A stretch of 64,000 nucleotides of DNA from sequence record PP496440.1; one strand, 5' to 3'. The notes under the pieces were generated by a model that did no database searches, had not been told where the DNA came from, and saw only the letters and a program-made list of their open reading frames with translations. The translations under genes were made by a program, and so were the position numbers. This document shows positions 24,293 through 33,914 of the stretch, piece by piece. Positions within the stretch are counted from its first letter, which is position 1, and every line of letters starts with the position of its first letter.

Positions 24293-25411
24293 ATGGCCAG
24301 CCAAGTCAAGCAAGATTATGCAGCGATCAGTGCGGCGCACCGTACGATCCTGCGGGAGATCGAAAGAATCCCCGGTCGTAAGAAGCATAAGCCGACCAAC
24401 ATCGAGATTCAGTGCCCGTTCCACCCCGGAGACAATACGCCGTCCTGCGGCATTTATATAGGCACGGGCGGCACGCTACCCCTAGGTTGGTTCTACTGTT
24501 TGGGTTGTGGTGCCAAAGGTCCGTGGAATAAGCTGGCCGAGAAGTTGAAGCTGCAAACCATTGCAAGGTCTGATACCAAACGGGACAGTGCCTCCGTATC
24601 CAGTACGGAAATGGATCGGGCCAGATTGAAGTGTATGGGCGCTGACAAGACCGGGGTGGATCAGTATGCCAGTGTGATGCGTCTGGGAATGCCTAAGCCG
24701 TTCGACAGGCCCCAGTGGCGGGGTATCAGTGGCGCCTTGATGAGGGACTTGGGTGCACAGATCGCAGTAGACACGACCAGCAAGCGGCTGCGTGAGGTGT
24801 TGCTGCTACCACTGACTCTATATGGGGAATTGGTTACTGTCATCAAGGCAGCGATGTACAAAGTGAAGGGCGACCTGAGCTATGTCGTATATGACGAAGC
24901 GGACACCAAGACGAAAGGGCTGTTCGGCTTCGATCTAGTGGTGGACATGCTGAACAAAGGCAAGTATCAGTGGGTGGTGCTGGTGGAAGGTCAGCGGGAC
25001 GCATTGCGCCTGATCCAGTACGGCATCCCGGCCATCGCCATCCTTGGCACCCAGAGCTGGACAGCGGAAAAGCGTGACCTGCTGGTAGGCTTGGGTACAG
25101 GGGTGGCAGTGATGATGGATGGTGACCCGGCAGGGGTGGCAGCGGCTAGGAAGATCATGCCGGACTTGCGCCGTCTAACCGAGGTTAGGGAAATCGATCT
25201 GATGCCGTTGACCGAGGAGTTCGGACAAAAGGTGGACCCCGGCAACATGCCCATCTGGAAAATCAAGGAGCTGCAGGCACTCAATGTCAGCAGCCGCAAA
25301 CTTCGGGGACGAAGAGTTCCCCGGTACAGTCGCAGGCAGGAACGTGTTGATAAGCAAACACGTCAAGGCCAAGTTAACCGATATCAAGTTGAACTGGAGC
25401 AGTCAGAATGA
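24293..25411 (+). CDS. DnaG-type DNA primase
   Basis: CPFH...CLGC zinc finger; TOPRIM VEGQRD and MMDGDPAG; GAGGT 7 nt before ATG 24293. Confidence 0.85.
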   Translation: MASQVKQDYAAISAAHRTILREIERIPGRKKHKPTNIEIQCPFHPGDNTPSCGIYIGTGGTLPLGWFYCLGCGAKGPWNKLAEKLKLQTIARSDTKRDSASVSSTEMDRARLKCMGADKTGVDQYASVMRLGMPKPFDRPQWRGISGALMRDLGAQIAVDTTSKRLREVLLLPLTLYGELVTVIKAAMYKVKGDLSYVVYDEADTKTKGLFGFDLVVDMLNKGKYQWVVLVEGQRDALRLIQYGIPAIAILGTQSWTAEKRDLLVGLGTGVAVMMDGDPAGVAAARKIMPDLRRLTEVREIDLMPLTEEFGQKVDPGNMPIWKIKELQALNVSSRKLRGRRVPRYSRRQERVDKQTRQGQVNRYQVELEQSE

Positions 25412-26412
25412 AACGTAGTTCATGGGGTGCCATCTTTCGCTACACGTGGGCGGACATGTTCAAGGGCATGGGGCCAGATTGGGCTCGTACGTGGAAAGAC
25501 ATACACGGGAGTATATACGGACCCAATACGCCACTTACGTGGGTTCTTAAGGCGATCATCACGGTGATGATCATCTTAGTGTCCATGGTGGTGTTCGTTA
25601 TCCCCTTGATGATCACCGTATTCTTTGGTAACCTTTGGGAGAACTACAGACGGTTCCGGACTCCAGACATGCACTATGCTGCCGGTCGCCGTACGAGAAG
25701 AAAGCTTGATCTCCTCCTTCGTGCATATAACGTCGTAGATGTAGATAGGCAGAAAGGAACTCGGCCAATGATACGAGACGTATCCTTCGATCCGTTCTGG
25801 GGTGATTTCGTTCGACGGTGGATCTCCGTATCTTACGATAAACCTGTGAATTACGACCATATCCCCAAACCGGATACGTCCGGGGTCATTCCAGCCGTGC
25901 ACCCGCTTGTGCGTAACGCTGCAGGCGGGGTTTCCGACATTCCAGCGCCCCAACGTACCACGCCCCGCGTATCGAAGCGCCTGCGTCGTCCTGTGAAGCT
26001 CGTTCCCGTGTCCGTGAATGTCACGACGGTGGAAGGTGAGAGTTGTCCGATTGGGCACAACTGGACAATCACGGAAGAGATTGTTGCAGGTAGGGTGTCG
26101 CCGGGTGTCGAAGTCAAGATCGGCCGCATGTACAGGGAACCCGAGGGAGAGGAAGTCAAAACTGCACAAGTCCCTTTCAAAGCCGGGGAGACGTGGATTG
26201 ATCCTAGATCAATTCCGCGAGCTTACTCTATGTCAGCTGTGGGAGGTGGTGGTAGAGGTATAGTTAACGGAACCCCTTTGGATTCTCAATCCCGACCCAG
26301 CTATTATATCGGAGGTGGCCGCTGGACTTACGACTATGCGGAAGCGATCCGGTTCAAGCTGTTCTTTGAGGGACTGGTAAAAGATTTGGTTAATGTAATC
26401 GTCGAGCAGTAA
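25408..26412 (+). CDS. Hypothetical membrane-anchored protein
   Basis: 334 aa ORF, long hydrophobic segment aa ~45-78, ATGA overlap, terminator follows. Confidence 0.65.
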   Translation: MKRSSWGAIFRYTWADMFKGMGPDWARTWKDIHGSIYGPNTPLTWVLKAIITVMIILVSMVVFVIPLMITVFFGNLWENYRRFRTPDMHYAAGRRTRRKLDLLLRAYNVVDVDRQKGTRPMIRDVSFDPFWGDFVRRWISVSYDKPVNYDHIPKPDTSGVIPAVHPLVRNAAGGVSDIPAPQRTTPRVSKRLRRPVKLVPVSVNVTTVEGESCPIGHNWTITEEIVAGRVSPGVEVKIGRMYREPEGEEVKTAQVPFKAGETWIDPRSIPRAYSMSAVGGGGRGIVNGTPLDSQSRPSYYIGGGRWTYDYAEAIRFKLFFEGLVKDLVNVIVEQ

Positions 26413-26472
26413 GAAATAAAAACCCCCAAGCATTCTCGGACATAGCGCCGGTGGCTTGGGGGTTTTTATTTC
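26413..26472. terminator. Bidirectional intrinsic terminator
   Basis: Perfect 19-bp inverted repeat GAAATAAAAACCCCCAAGC/GCTTGGGGGTTTTTATTTC between convergent genes. Confidence 0.9.
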
Positions 26473-26919
26473 TTACTTGACAGCTCCGCCGACAATTGCG
26501 GCAGCAGGGCTGTACTTCGCCATCGGGTCTTCCGGCAAGGGAACGTCTTTGCACTGGTCCTCCTTGAGGTCACGCCGGTAGTAGCACAGGAGTACCTTGT
26601 CCGACTTGATGTACCCCATGATCGATTGCAGATTGACACCCATGCTCAGGTAGTCCTGCCATGACAGTGCCACGAACGTGGTCTTTCCGTCAGCGACTTG
26701 CTTCTCGAACTCATCGATGTTCTTGTCGCTGACCACTTTCCACGTGACCGACTTAAGGCTTAGCGCTTGCTGCCTTGGTGGATGGAACTGGGGTATTACT
26801 CCCGCATCTTCCGCCGGTTGCACATTGGAGGTCGTTGAGCACGCTGTTAGAAGCATTGTTAATACGACGCTCAACAAGGGTAGGCTTCTTACGTACGACT
26901 TCTTCAGTCTTTTTATCAC
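26473..26919 (-). CDS. o-spanin (outer-membrane lipoprotein)
   Basis: Lipobox LLTAC; overlaps the i-spanin 3' end; exact start uncertain. Confidence 0.75.
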   Translation of the reverse strand: MIKRLKKSYVRSLPLLSVVLTMLLTACSTTSNVQPAEDAGVIPQFHPPRQQALSLKSVTWKVVSDKNIDEFEKQVADGKTTFVALSWQDYLSMGVNLQSIMGYIKSDKVLLCYYRRDLKEDQCKDVPLPEDPMAKYSPAAAIVGGAVK

Positions 26920-27256
26920 GGTGACTCTCCAATTTATCGGTAGCGGTTTCTTTCTCGCTGCGGATGATGTTCAACTGTTCGTTGACCGCGTTGGCAAAGA
27001 GCTGGGTAGACGTGGCGGACGTTTGCAGCCGGGAGATCTGGAACGCGGCTTGACCCAGTTGCAGGTCACGTTGCGCGATAGTTCCCGCCTGCTTTTGGTT
27101 TTCTTCCTGAAGATGATACACCACTAGAATGCTGGCACCCAGTAGCGTTGCCAGAACAAGCGTAACCCCGATCATCACCTTGCCCAGCATTGAACCGATA
27201 AGGCTCTTGCTGCCGGTAACCACCGCTTCCTCCACGGTATCGATCACGTTACTCAT
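26753..27256 (-). CDS. i-spanin
   Basis: N-terminal TM, coiled coil, KKPTLVERRINNAS similar to T4-type i-spanins. Confidence 0.75.
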   Translation of the reverse strand: MSNVIDTVEEAVVTGSKSLIGSMLGKVMIGVTLVLATLLGASILVVYHLQEENQKQAGTIAQRDLQLGQAAFQISRLQTSATSTQLFANAVNEQLNIIRSEKETATDKLESHRDKKTEEVVRKKPTLVERRINNASNSVLNDLQCATGGRCGSNTPVPSTKAASAKP

Positions 27257-27569
27257 TGGTAGGATCTCTAGTTATGATTACAGATGGGGGAGGGCCATTG
27301 TCGAACTTCCCGTTAGGTCCGGTTTCCACGTAGAACTTGAAATAGGCCGCAGCAGAGCCGACGGTGGCAGCTAAGATTGCAGCAGCCCCCAGCCCATCCA
27401 TGGACGACGCCTTCATCCAGTTGATAACATCAAATGACAGCTTCATCCAGAAGAACAGCAGCAGGATGGGGAAGATCCGCCATGCGACCATGATGTATTG
27501 CACGTGGTCCACGAAAGACCTGAACCACGGATTTAGTTGTTGCGGATCAGGTTTCTGTGACGAAGCCAT
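27249..27569 (-). CDS. Putative holin
   Basis: 106 aa, two hydrophobic segments, between amidase and spanins. Confidence 0.6.
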   Translation of the reverse strand: MASSQKPDPQQLNPWFRSFVDHVQYIMVAWRIFPILLLFFWMKLSFDVINWMKASSMDGLGAAAILAATVGSAAAYFKFYVETGPNGKFDNGPPPSVIITRDPTNE

Positions 27570-28041
27570 ACGGCACCCCTTGCAGTGTTTGAACTAGCGC
27601 TTGTACATCGAAGCAGGGACTCTCAGTCGGCGGCTGTCCTTCCACCTGGGGATGTTCCTTGGCCCCGCGTATCTCCGTAAGGGGAATCCTGTACTTGCTG
27701 ACCAAACTGTCCAGCAGATAGCACAGCGATTCCTTTTGCACCGGCGTGAAGTTGTCCACCCACTCGCCTTTGTTGTTCAAGCCCCCGATCAAGCAGATAC
27801 CCAAGTTGCCCTGAGCCTTGTTCGGGGTGTGCATGCCGATCGATCTGTCGTCCCGGCCATTGATCACGTTCCCGTTAGGAAGTATCAGGTAGTGAAAGTC
27901 AATGAACAGTCCGGTGTGTGAACACTTGCGCTTCGGGTCTGACTGGCAGGACTTCATAGTCTGGGAGTTCAGGAATTCAAGCCATGAGAACCCCGTCATC
28001 TTTTCAGTCCCGGAGCAATGGATTGTTACCTCTGAGATCAT
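27547..28041 (-). CDS. T7-lysozyme-like N-acetylmuramoyl-L-alanine amidase fold with altered active site
   Basis: IHCSGT, GRD...GMH, GICLIGG, NFTPVQ; H122 and C130 equivalents appear as Ala and Ser. Confidence 0.75.
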   Translation of the reverse strand: MISEVTIHCSGTEKMTGFSWLEFLNSQTMKSCQSDPKRKCSHTGLFIDFHYLILPNGNVINGRDDRSIGMHTPNKAQGNLGICLIGGLNNKGEWVDNFTPVQKESLCYLLDSLVSKYRIPLTEIRGAKEHPQVEGQPPTESPCFDVQALVQTLQGVPYGFVTET

Positions 28042-28508
28042 TATAACTCCCCTTGTAGCAATTGGCGGGTGTTGCCAGTCTTCCCGGTCAAGCCAAGGTT
28101 CTTAGTGAAGAAATCGAACAGGACTTTGCCCGTGACCGCGTGGTTCTTAGGCATAACTTCCACCCCGTTCTCGCGAAGGCACTCGGAGATGAGTTCGAAG
28201 CAGTACCACCTGTCCTTGGAGTGAATGTGCAGGAACCACAAGGCGATCCCGAGGAAGTCGTACTTACGGCCTCTGTTCCGTAGCAAGAATTCCTTGGCAT
28301 CCATCTGTGGGAAGTCGAACACCATGATGGTGCGATCCATCTCATGCTCCGGGAACGTGTTGATGTCGAGGTGACCCCGAGCCATGTTCGAGTCCCAGAC
28401 TTCGTCTCCCTGCACAATGGACGCATGCGAAACAGGATAGCCTGTGCCGATACTGACAGCCATCGATGCGATATCGTAGACATAGGCTTGATGAAGAATA
28501 ACGCGCAT
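28041..28508 (-). CDS. Permuted papain-like (NlpC/P60, YiiX-like) enzyme
   Basis: VSHASIV (His), KYDFLG, WYCFEL (Cys). Confidence 0.65.
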   Translation of the reverse strand: MRVILHQAYVYDIASMAVSIGTGYPVSHASIVQGDEVWDSNMARGHLDINTFPEHEMDRTIMVFDFPQMDAKEFLLRNRGRKYDFLGIALWFLHIHSKDRWYCFELISECLRENGVEVMPKNHAVTGKVLFDFFTKNLGLTGKTGNTRQLLQGEL

Positions 28509-28593
28509 GATCCTAACCTTCCCTATTAAGCGGAGCCACTGGTACCTGTATGATGTTTCGGATTGGGATAGGCAATCCTTTGCCTGTTCTTGC

Positions 28594-29154
28594 TTACCAG
28601 ACGATAACGTTCAACTCTTCCCGAGTTCCTGCCACTTTGATCTGGTTTTCCAGCTGATCCTTCCGGACTAAGGTATCCAGTATAAAGGCTTTGGCATCTT
28701 GCCCCACCTTTTGAATCTGGTCCTTGTTGTGCATCCGGTACTGACTCACGTTGTCCGAATCGGTGCACCAGAACGGAGTCTGCCAGTTGTCATCTTTACT
28801 CAACAGTGAATCCACGACGGATGCTGTCAGGTTGGCCTGATCCGTAACCTTGGACGGGTACGTGTAAGACTTACCCAGCGCCGTGCTGACAAAGCCACTG
28901 GTGATCGCTACGGCACACGCCTTGGCAATGATGTCCAGCTTGTTCTCTCGCAACAATTCCACGTCGATCATCTCAACGGGGGTAAGAGGTGCTTCGAACT
29001 GACCAGAACGGTATGTCCATCCCACTTGAACAGGTGAATCATCGCGAAGGCGTTGAAGTGTTCGGTTTGCTTCAGGTTTCCAATCGGATATACCATCCCA
29101 CATCGCAATAGATTCCACGACGCCCTTGTAGATTACTGCGTAGTTGTCACTCAT
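28594..29154 (-). CDS. Tail fibre assembly protein (DUF4376-like)
   Basis: Directly after the fibre; ITSGFVSTALG..YTYPS...DQANL pattern. Confidence 0.7.
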   Translation of the reverse strand: MSDNYAVIYKGVVESIAMWDGISDWKPEANRTLQRLRDDSPVQVGWTYRSGQFEAPLTPVEMIDVELLRENKLDIIAKACAVAITSGFVSTALGKSYTYPSKVTDQANLTASVVDSLLSKDDNWQTPFWCTDSDNVSQYRMHNKDQIQKVGQDAKAFILDTLVRKDQLENQIKVAGTREELNVIVW

Positions 29155-29164
29155 TGTATCTCCT

Positions 29165-29186
29165 TAACTGGGCCGAAGCCCAGTTA
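29165..29186 (-). promoter_or_regulatory. Intercistronic C(UUCG)G hairpin abutting the chaperone RBS
   Basis: TAACTGGGC-TTCG-GCCCAGTTA followed by AGGAG on the minus strand. Confidence 0.7.
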
Positions 29187-29206
29187 TCTAACTTGGGTAT
29201 TGAGGG

Positions 29207-32200
29207 TTACCACTGGAGGAAGATTACGCCTGCTTTACCTGCGCTGCCGTTCCCGCCTTTTGCCGCGCTGACGTTGGCGTAGTTCTGGCGAGTATACGCA
29301 CCGCCACCGCCACCGCCACCTGCACCGTAACCAATCGAGGCTGACCCGTTGCTACCCGGACCGTTGGCCTGACGACCACCACCACCGCCCGTACCCCAAG
29401 GAGTACCTGCACCGGCACCGCCCGCACCACCCAGATACAAGCCGGGGGCGTCTTGTCCGTCGGTAACACCGGGAACAAGGCTAATACCGCCTGCGCCCGA
29501 AGCGGTGCCACCTACTGAACCACGTATACCTCCACCTAGGGTAAGAAGTGTGGTAGATCCGAGTTTGAACGTGGTAGCACTACCGTTACCCCCTTGCAGA
29601 CCTGCACCTGCCTCACTACCTACCACACCTTGAGCCAAAGCCGGTCCACCATTACCTCCTGCGCCACCGCCACCGATGGTAATGGTATAGGTGCTTCCCG
29701 GTACTACCGTGATCGGAGTAAGAACTGCATACGTACCACAACCACCACCCGAACCCCCACCTGAGCCACTGTCTGAGGCGCCACCGCCCCCCGCACCACC
29801 GCCACCGCCACCGCAACCCGAAAGGTAAACAGTGGTCACACCTGCTGGACACAACCAAGAGCCACTAGCAGTAAACGTCTGAACGCCGGTGAATTGCCCG
29901 ATCATGTCTTGCGGCGCTACGATCGAACCCCGGTCAACGATCCAGTAGGAGGTGCCACTTGTTGCCAGCTCCAATGTCTCCAGTGGTTGCATGGTGATCT
30001 GCTGCACCGAACCAGAGTCACTGATGGTTGCACCGGACGGAGCTACAATCGTCTGAACCGTGGAAGTCGGGTTGCGGAACACGAAGGTTGCACCCGGAAG
30101 CAACGTGGTAGGATCTGGGAGCGTTACTGTGATTCCACTACCCGCCAGGTTCAACCAGTAGCCGGAATGGGAGACGTCCAACGTGATGCTAGCGGATACC
30201 CCGACACCGACACCTTTGAACTTACGTGACTGCGAGAAGTTCAAGTTCTGTGCATAGGCCGTGTTAGCCAGACGAGTGCTGTTGTCCGTGGTAGGTGGTG
30301 TAGGTGCGGTCGGAGTTCCGATTAATGAAGGCGAGTCAGTGGCTACCGCCTCGTTCCACGCAGTCCAGTTTCCACCTGCCTGACTCCGCCAGAACATCCT
30401 GTTGTTGGAGTTAAGAGCAGTAGCAATCTGTAGGCAACCCCCACCGTTGTAGGGGACCACGATGACTGAGAAGTTAGACGAGATAGGAATGTTGGCCGTG
30501 GTAGACTGAGCGCGGTACAAGCCACCCAATACAGCCTGGTTCATGTCGTTGCCGGTGACGATGTTGCTGACCAGCGTGCCTAGGCCCCATGCTGCCAACT
30601 GGTTCTGAACGAACGCGGTGTTAGCGATGGTCAGGTCGGTATCACCCAGCGCAGCTGTAGGGGCCTGCGGGTCACCAGTGAATACCGGAGAATCTGTAGT
30701 AGCCAGTTCTTTCCATGGGAACCAGGCACCATCATGCTTGACCCGCGTGAAGGTACGGTTGCGGCCCGACGGGAAGATCGAGCTGGCGTACTGCGTTACT
30801 CGAAACGCCCCAGGTACACCAATGGTGATCAGGGTGAAGGCTACTGCTGTCGTACCCGCAACACCCAAGAGTGGACGGTTGTAGGTAGTCGAGTTGGTTT
30901 CCGTACCTTCGGCCTTAACGAAGGAGTTCAACGGGGCGTCGTTGAAGTTCAGAGTGTCGCCGCTGATCGCGGAACCACCCAACCCAGATGCACCCATCAA
31001 ACCTTGCACGAAAGCGGTGTTGGCAATACTCAGGTCGTTGTCTGCCAACGATGCTGTAGGAGCCTTGGGATCGCCGGTGAACGTCGGCGAATCCAGGCTT
31101 GCAATTTCACGCCATTGCGACCATTGAGTAACGCTGTTTACCTGCCCGTTGGACACCCGCTGGAACATGCGGTTGTTAGCCTGCGGCATGAAAATCTGCT
31201 GGGTGTAATACAGAGCGTTAGTGGCAACAATCACAACGCCGGACAGGAAGTTGTTACCTAGGATCGTGATAGTAGAACTGACCTGATACGTGCCCCCTTC
31301 GGTCAAGGCATTGATATCAGTGCTGATATCATCCATGTCCGAGGTACCCATACCGTACTTCGCTATGATATTGCGAACGAAGGCCGTGGTAGCAACCGAG
31401 GTGTCGTTGTCTGTGGTTACCGGCGTCGGAGCCTTCGGGTCACCAGTGAAGACTGGGGAGTCCAGCGCAGCAAACTCTTTCCACCCACCCCACGAATTCG
31501 ACGCGCGAACACGCCAAAAGATTCTGGTCGGGTTCAACGGAGAGGCCCAGATCTGCAATGCTGCGCTGCCGTCTCCGAACGGAGTATGGATCAGCAGGCC
31601 GTTCGATGCGTAGGGTACACCTGTTGCCGTAGTCGAAGCGTTGTAATAGAACCCTCCCAGTGTCACTGCGTTCAGATCGGTGATGTTGGCTGCGCCTGCA
31701 GTGCCGATACCGAACATCGCCATAGCTGCTCTTACGAACGCCGTATTTGCCACCGAAGTATCGCTGTCGGTGGCCGCAGCAGTCGGAGCCTTGGGATCGC
31801 CGGTGAACGTCGGCGAGTCAATCGTCGCCTTGGTAGCAATCAGGTTGTTCATCGTGGTTGCGAAGTTGGGATCGTCTCCCAGTGCCGCAGCCAGTTCGTT
31901 CAAGGTGTCCAATGCGCCCGGCGAAGAATCGATCAACGCCGCAATCGCCAGCTTCACGAAGGCCGTGGTAGCAACCGAGTTGTCATTGTCTGTCAGCGGC
32001 GGAGTTGGTGCCTTGGGATCACCAGTGAACGTCGGGCTGTTGATCGGTGCGTACGCCGTCAGGTCAACTCGGGTACTGCTTACGAGTTGGAAGCTCGCCC
32101 CGTCGTAGAACACGTCATGCACCTTACCTACCGACAGCTCGCCGCCTGTGAGGGCATCCGTACCATTGGACGTAATTGACTTGGCGCCCAAATTGTTCAG

Positions 32201-33247
32201 GTTCAGGGTAGCTGCACCGGTGTTGGCGGTAGCAACCTTGAGCTGAAAGCGCTGGCCTGCTGCGTAGCTGGTGAACGCTTGCCCGAATGCACCCGCTGTC
32301 GGGATGCTGTAGGTCAGTACGTTGGCACTCGGCTGACTTACCTGACCTAGGTAAGTGAGTCCGGCACCGCGTTGAGCTGCGGTCTTGACGAAGCCCGCAT
32401 GAGTGGCATCATCTACCACACGCCAGCCAGTAGTGGCGTTGACGTACTGGTAGCCTCGCACCCCATTGATCGACTGGATGTAGTCTGAACCTACGACCAC
32501 ACCTTCTAATGCTTGGCCCGTAGCCGCCGTGATCTTGATCGGATACAGGTTGGAGTTGGCCGAGTAGTCGCCTACGAACACCAGGTCACCAACCCGGCCT
32601 TGTGGCAGGGCTACCGAAGGTGCGGCAACGTTGTTGGTGTTATTGACCCACAACATCTCACCGTTGTTGACTGGCAAGGCAGTGGCGATAGCTACCGCGA
32701 CCCGGCTGTTACCGAAGCCGCCGACACCCATCTGACCTACAGCCAGTTGAGCGTCCCACGAGGCACCGTTCCAGATGAACCGGTAATCCGCATAGGGGGT
32801 TGCCATGACGAAGTTAGGCAGGCCAGCAACTACGGCGCCGTTACCCGAGATGGTAACCGGGTACGTACCGATGGTGCCACCGGTTACCTGAACACGGACC
32901 GCATCGCCGACGACCAGAGCAGTACGCTTGGTGGTGTCGGTCTGATTGGGCACCTGCTTATCCGTAGGTAGCATCAGAGTAACTGGATTGAGCAGCGCCT
33001 GATGCTGGTACATGCCGTTGGCGAACAGCAGGGTGTTGTTGTCCGAGCCATTGGTCTGAAGCAGTGTCAGATAGGCACCCATGGCTTGCTGCAACATCTC
33101 GGTGCTTTGGTACAAGCTATACAGCGGCCTGTTCAGCACACCTTCCGTGGGTACGGGCGGTTCTTGAATCGAACCGTCAGCATGCTCGCCGTCTTTAAAC
33201 CAGCCGACCAGTGCCTTTGGAATGAATTTGAGTAAGTTATTAGCCAT
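29207..33247 (-). CDS. Long tail fibre with four knob domains and a Gly-rich tip
   Basis: Six SPxFTGDPxAPT...NTAFV repeats, knob motifs ending W..WxE, Gly-rich C-terminus. Confidence 0.9.
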   Translation of the reverse strand: MANNLLKFIPKALVGWFKDGEHADGSIQEPPVPTEGVLNRPLYSLYQSTEMLQQAMGAYLTLLQTNGSDNNTLLFANGMYQHQALLNPVTLMLPTDKQVPNQTDTTKRTALVVGDAVRVQVTGGTIGTYPVTISGNGAVVAGLPNFVMATPYADYRFIWNGASWDAQLAVGQMGVGGFGNSRVAVAIATALPVNNGEMLWVNNTNNVAAPSVALPQGRVGDLVFVGDYSANSNLYPIKITAATGQALEGVVVGSDYIQSINGVRGYQYVNATTGWRVVDDATHAGFVKTAAQRGAGLTYLGQVSQPSANVLTYSIPTAGAFGQAFTSYAAGQRFQLKVATANTGAATLNLNNLGAKSITSNGTDALTGGELSVGKVHDVFYDGASFQLVSSTRVDLTAYAPINSPTFTGDPKAPTPPLTDNDNSVATTAFVKLAIAALIDSSPGALDTLNELAAALGDDPNFATTMNNLIATKATIDSPTFTGDPKAPTAAATDSDTSVANTAFVRAAMAMFGIGTAGAANITDLNAVTLGGFYYNASTTATGVPYASNGLLIHTPFGDGSAALQIWASPLNPTRIFWRVRASNSWGGWKEFAALDSPVFTGDPKAPTPVTTDNDTSVATTAFVRNIIAKYGMGTSDMDDISTDINALTEGGTYQVSSTITILGNNFLSGVVIVATNALYYTQQIFMPQANNRMFQRVSNGQVNSVTQWSQWREIASLDSPTFTGDPKAPTASLADNDLSIANTAFVQGLMGASGLGGSAISGDTLNFNDAPLNSFVKAEGTETNSTTYNRPLLGVAGTTAVAFTLITIGVPGAFRVTQYASSIFPSGRNRTFTRVKHDGAWFPWKELATTDSPVFTGDPQAPTAALGDTDLTIANTAFVQNQLAAWGLGTLVSNIVTGNDMNQAVLGGLYRAQSTTANIPISSNFSVIVVPYNGGGCLQIATALNSNNRMFWRSQAGGNWTAWNEAVATDSPSLIGTPTAPTPPTTDNSTRLANTAYAQNLNFSQSRKFKGVGVGVSASITLDVSHSGYWLNLAGSGITVTLPDPTTLLPGATFVFRNPTSTVQTIVAPSGATISDSGSVQQITMQPLETLELATSGTSYWIVDRGSIVAPQDMIGQFTGVQTFTASGSWLCPAGVTTVYLSGCGGGGGGAGGGGASDSGSGGGSGGGCGTYAVLTPITVVPGSTYTITIGGGGAGGNGGPALAQGVVGSEAGAGLQGGNGSATTFKLGSTTLLTLGGGIRGSVGGTASGAGGISLVPGVTDGQDAPGLYLGGAGGAGAGTPWGTGGGGGRQANGPGSNGSASIGYGAGGGGGGGAYTRQNYANVSAAKGGNGSAGKAGVIFLQW
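31059..31816. repeat. 32-nt exact direct repeat within the fibre gene (31059-31090 and 31785-31816)
   Basis: GGAGCCTTGGGATCGCCGGTGAACGTCGGCGA occurs twice. Confidence 0.9.
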
Positions 33248-33317
33248 TTAAAGAATCCCTGAATCAGTGGTGGCTGTACATCTGAGGAGCCTAGGACTTA
33301 GGCGAATATGATTGGGA

Positions 33318-33914
33318 TCAAGCAAACACAATCGTCCACCTTAGGACTAACTTGCGCTGGTTGGTCTTGACCAGTGCGGGGAACGTCTCGCGGCAAAACA
33401 GGTTGCCGTTGGTGCAAAACATCCCTGCTTCGGTATACGCCAGACCAGCCGACGGCGTGGTGGGGTTGTTACCTTCGGACTTGTCAATGACCAGCGTGTA
33501 CTGAACCTGGGTCTCGCTGCCGGTCGGCTGATACGTGTAGTCTTTCGGATCGACCGACGTGTTGAAGAGCTTGCTGAACACCGTGGAAGATACGTCCAGC
33601 AGGCCAACGTCAGTTTCTTTCGGCGCAACCGGGGTCATAATGTCGCCGGTGGTCAGGTTGTGACCTTTGGTGCCGAACTTGAACGACGCAATGGAATAGG
33701 CTGCATCTGCTGACGCCAGCAAATGGGCCAGCGCCTTGGCACCGAGCGTTACCACGAGGTTGGGTTTGAAGTGCACCAGTCGAGTGATGCCGTCTTCCTC
33801 GATGTACGCTTCCACCTGACCACGGCACTTGATTCCCTCAGCCTTGTCCATGCCGATACCCGTTTCCATTGCTGCGATGGCCTGAATGGCTTCTACGGTC
33901 TGATGCGTGCTCAT
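33318..33914 (-). CDS. Baseplate/tail-fibre attachment protein
   Basis: NLVVTLGAKALA...FGT...EAGMF...RWTI pattern; between wedge genes and the fibre. Confidence 0.6.
   Translation of the reverse strand: MSTHQTVEAIQAIAAMETGIGMDKAEGIKCRGQVEAYIEEDGITRLVHFKPNLVVTLGAKALAHLLASADAAYSIASFKFGTKGHNLTTGDIMTPVAPKETDVGLLDVSSTVFSKLFNTSVDPKDYTYQPTGSETQVQYTLVIDKSEGNNPTTPSAGLAYTEAGMFCTNGNLFCRETFPALVKTNQRKLVLRWTIVFA

Noticed and set aside
25284-25418. Natural-looking 44 aa ORF (MSAAANFGDEEFPG...) in another frame over the primase 3' end, suggesting a frameshift
   Set aside because: The annotated primase frame ends in an ATGA overlap with the next gene and the nearest SD is 13 nt away; cannot be decided without homologues
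29207-33247. Diversity-generating retroelement or CRISPR-like array in the fibre repeats
   Set aside because: Repeats are in-frame coding spacers without adenine-specific mismatches; no reverse transcriptase or regular repeat-spacer period in the window
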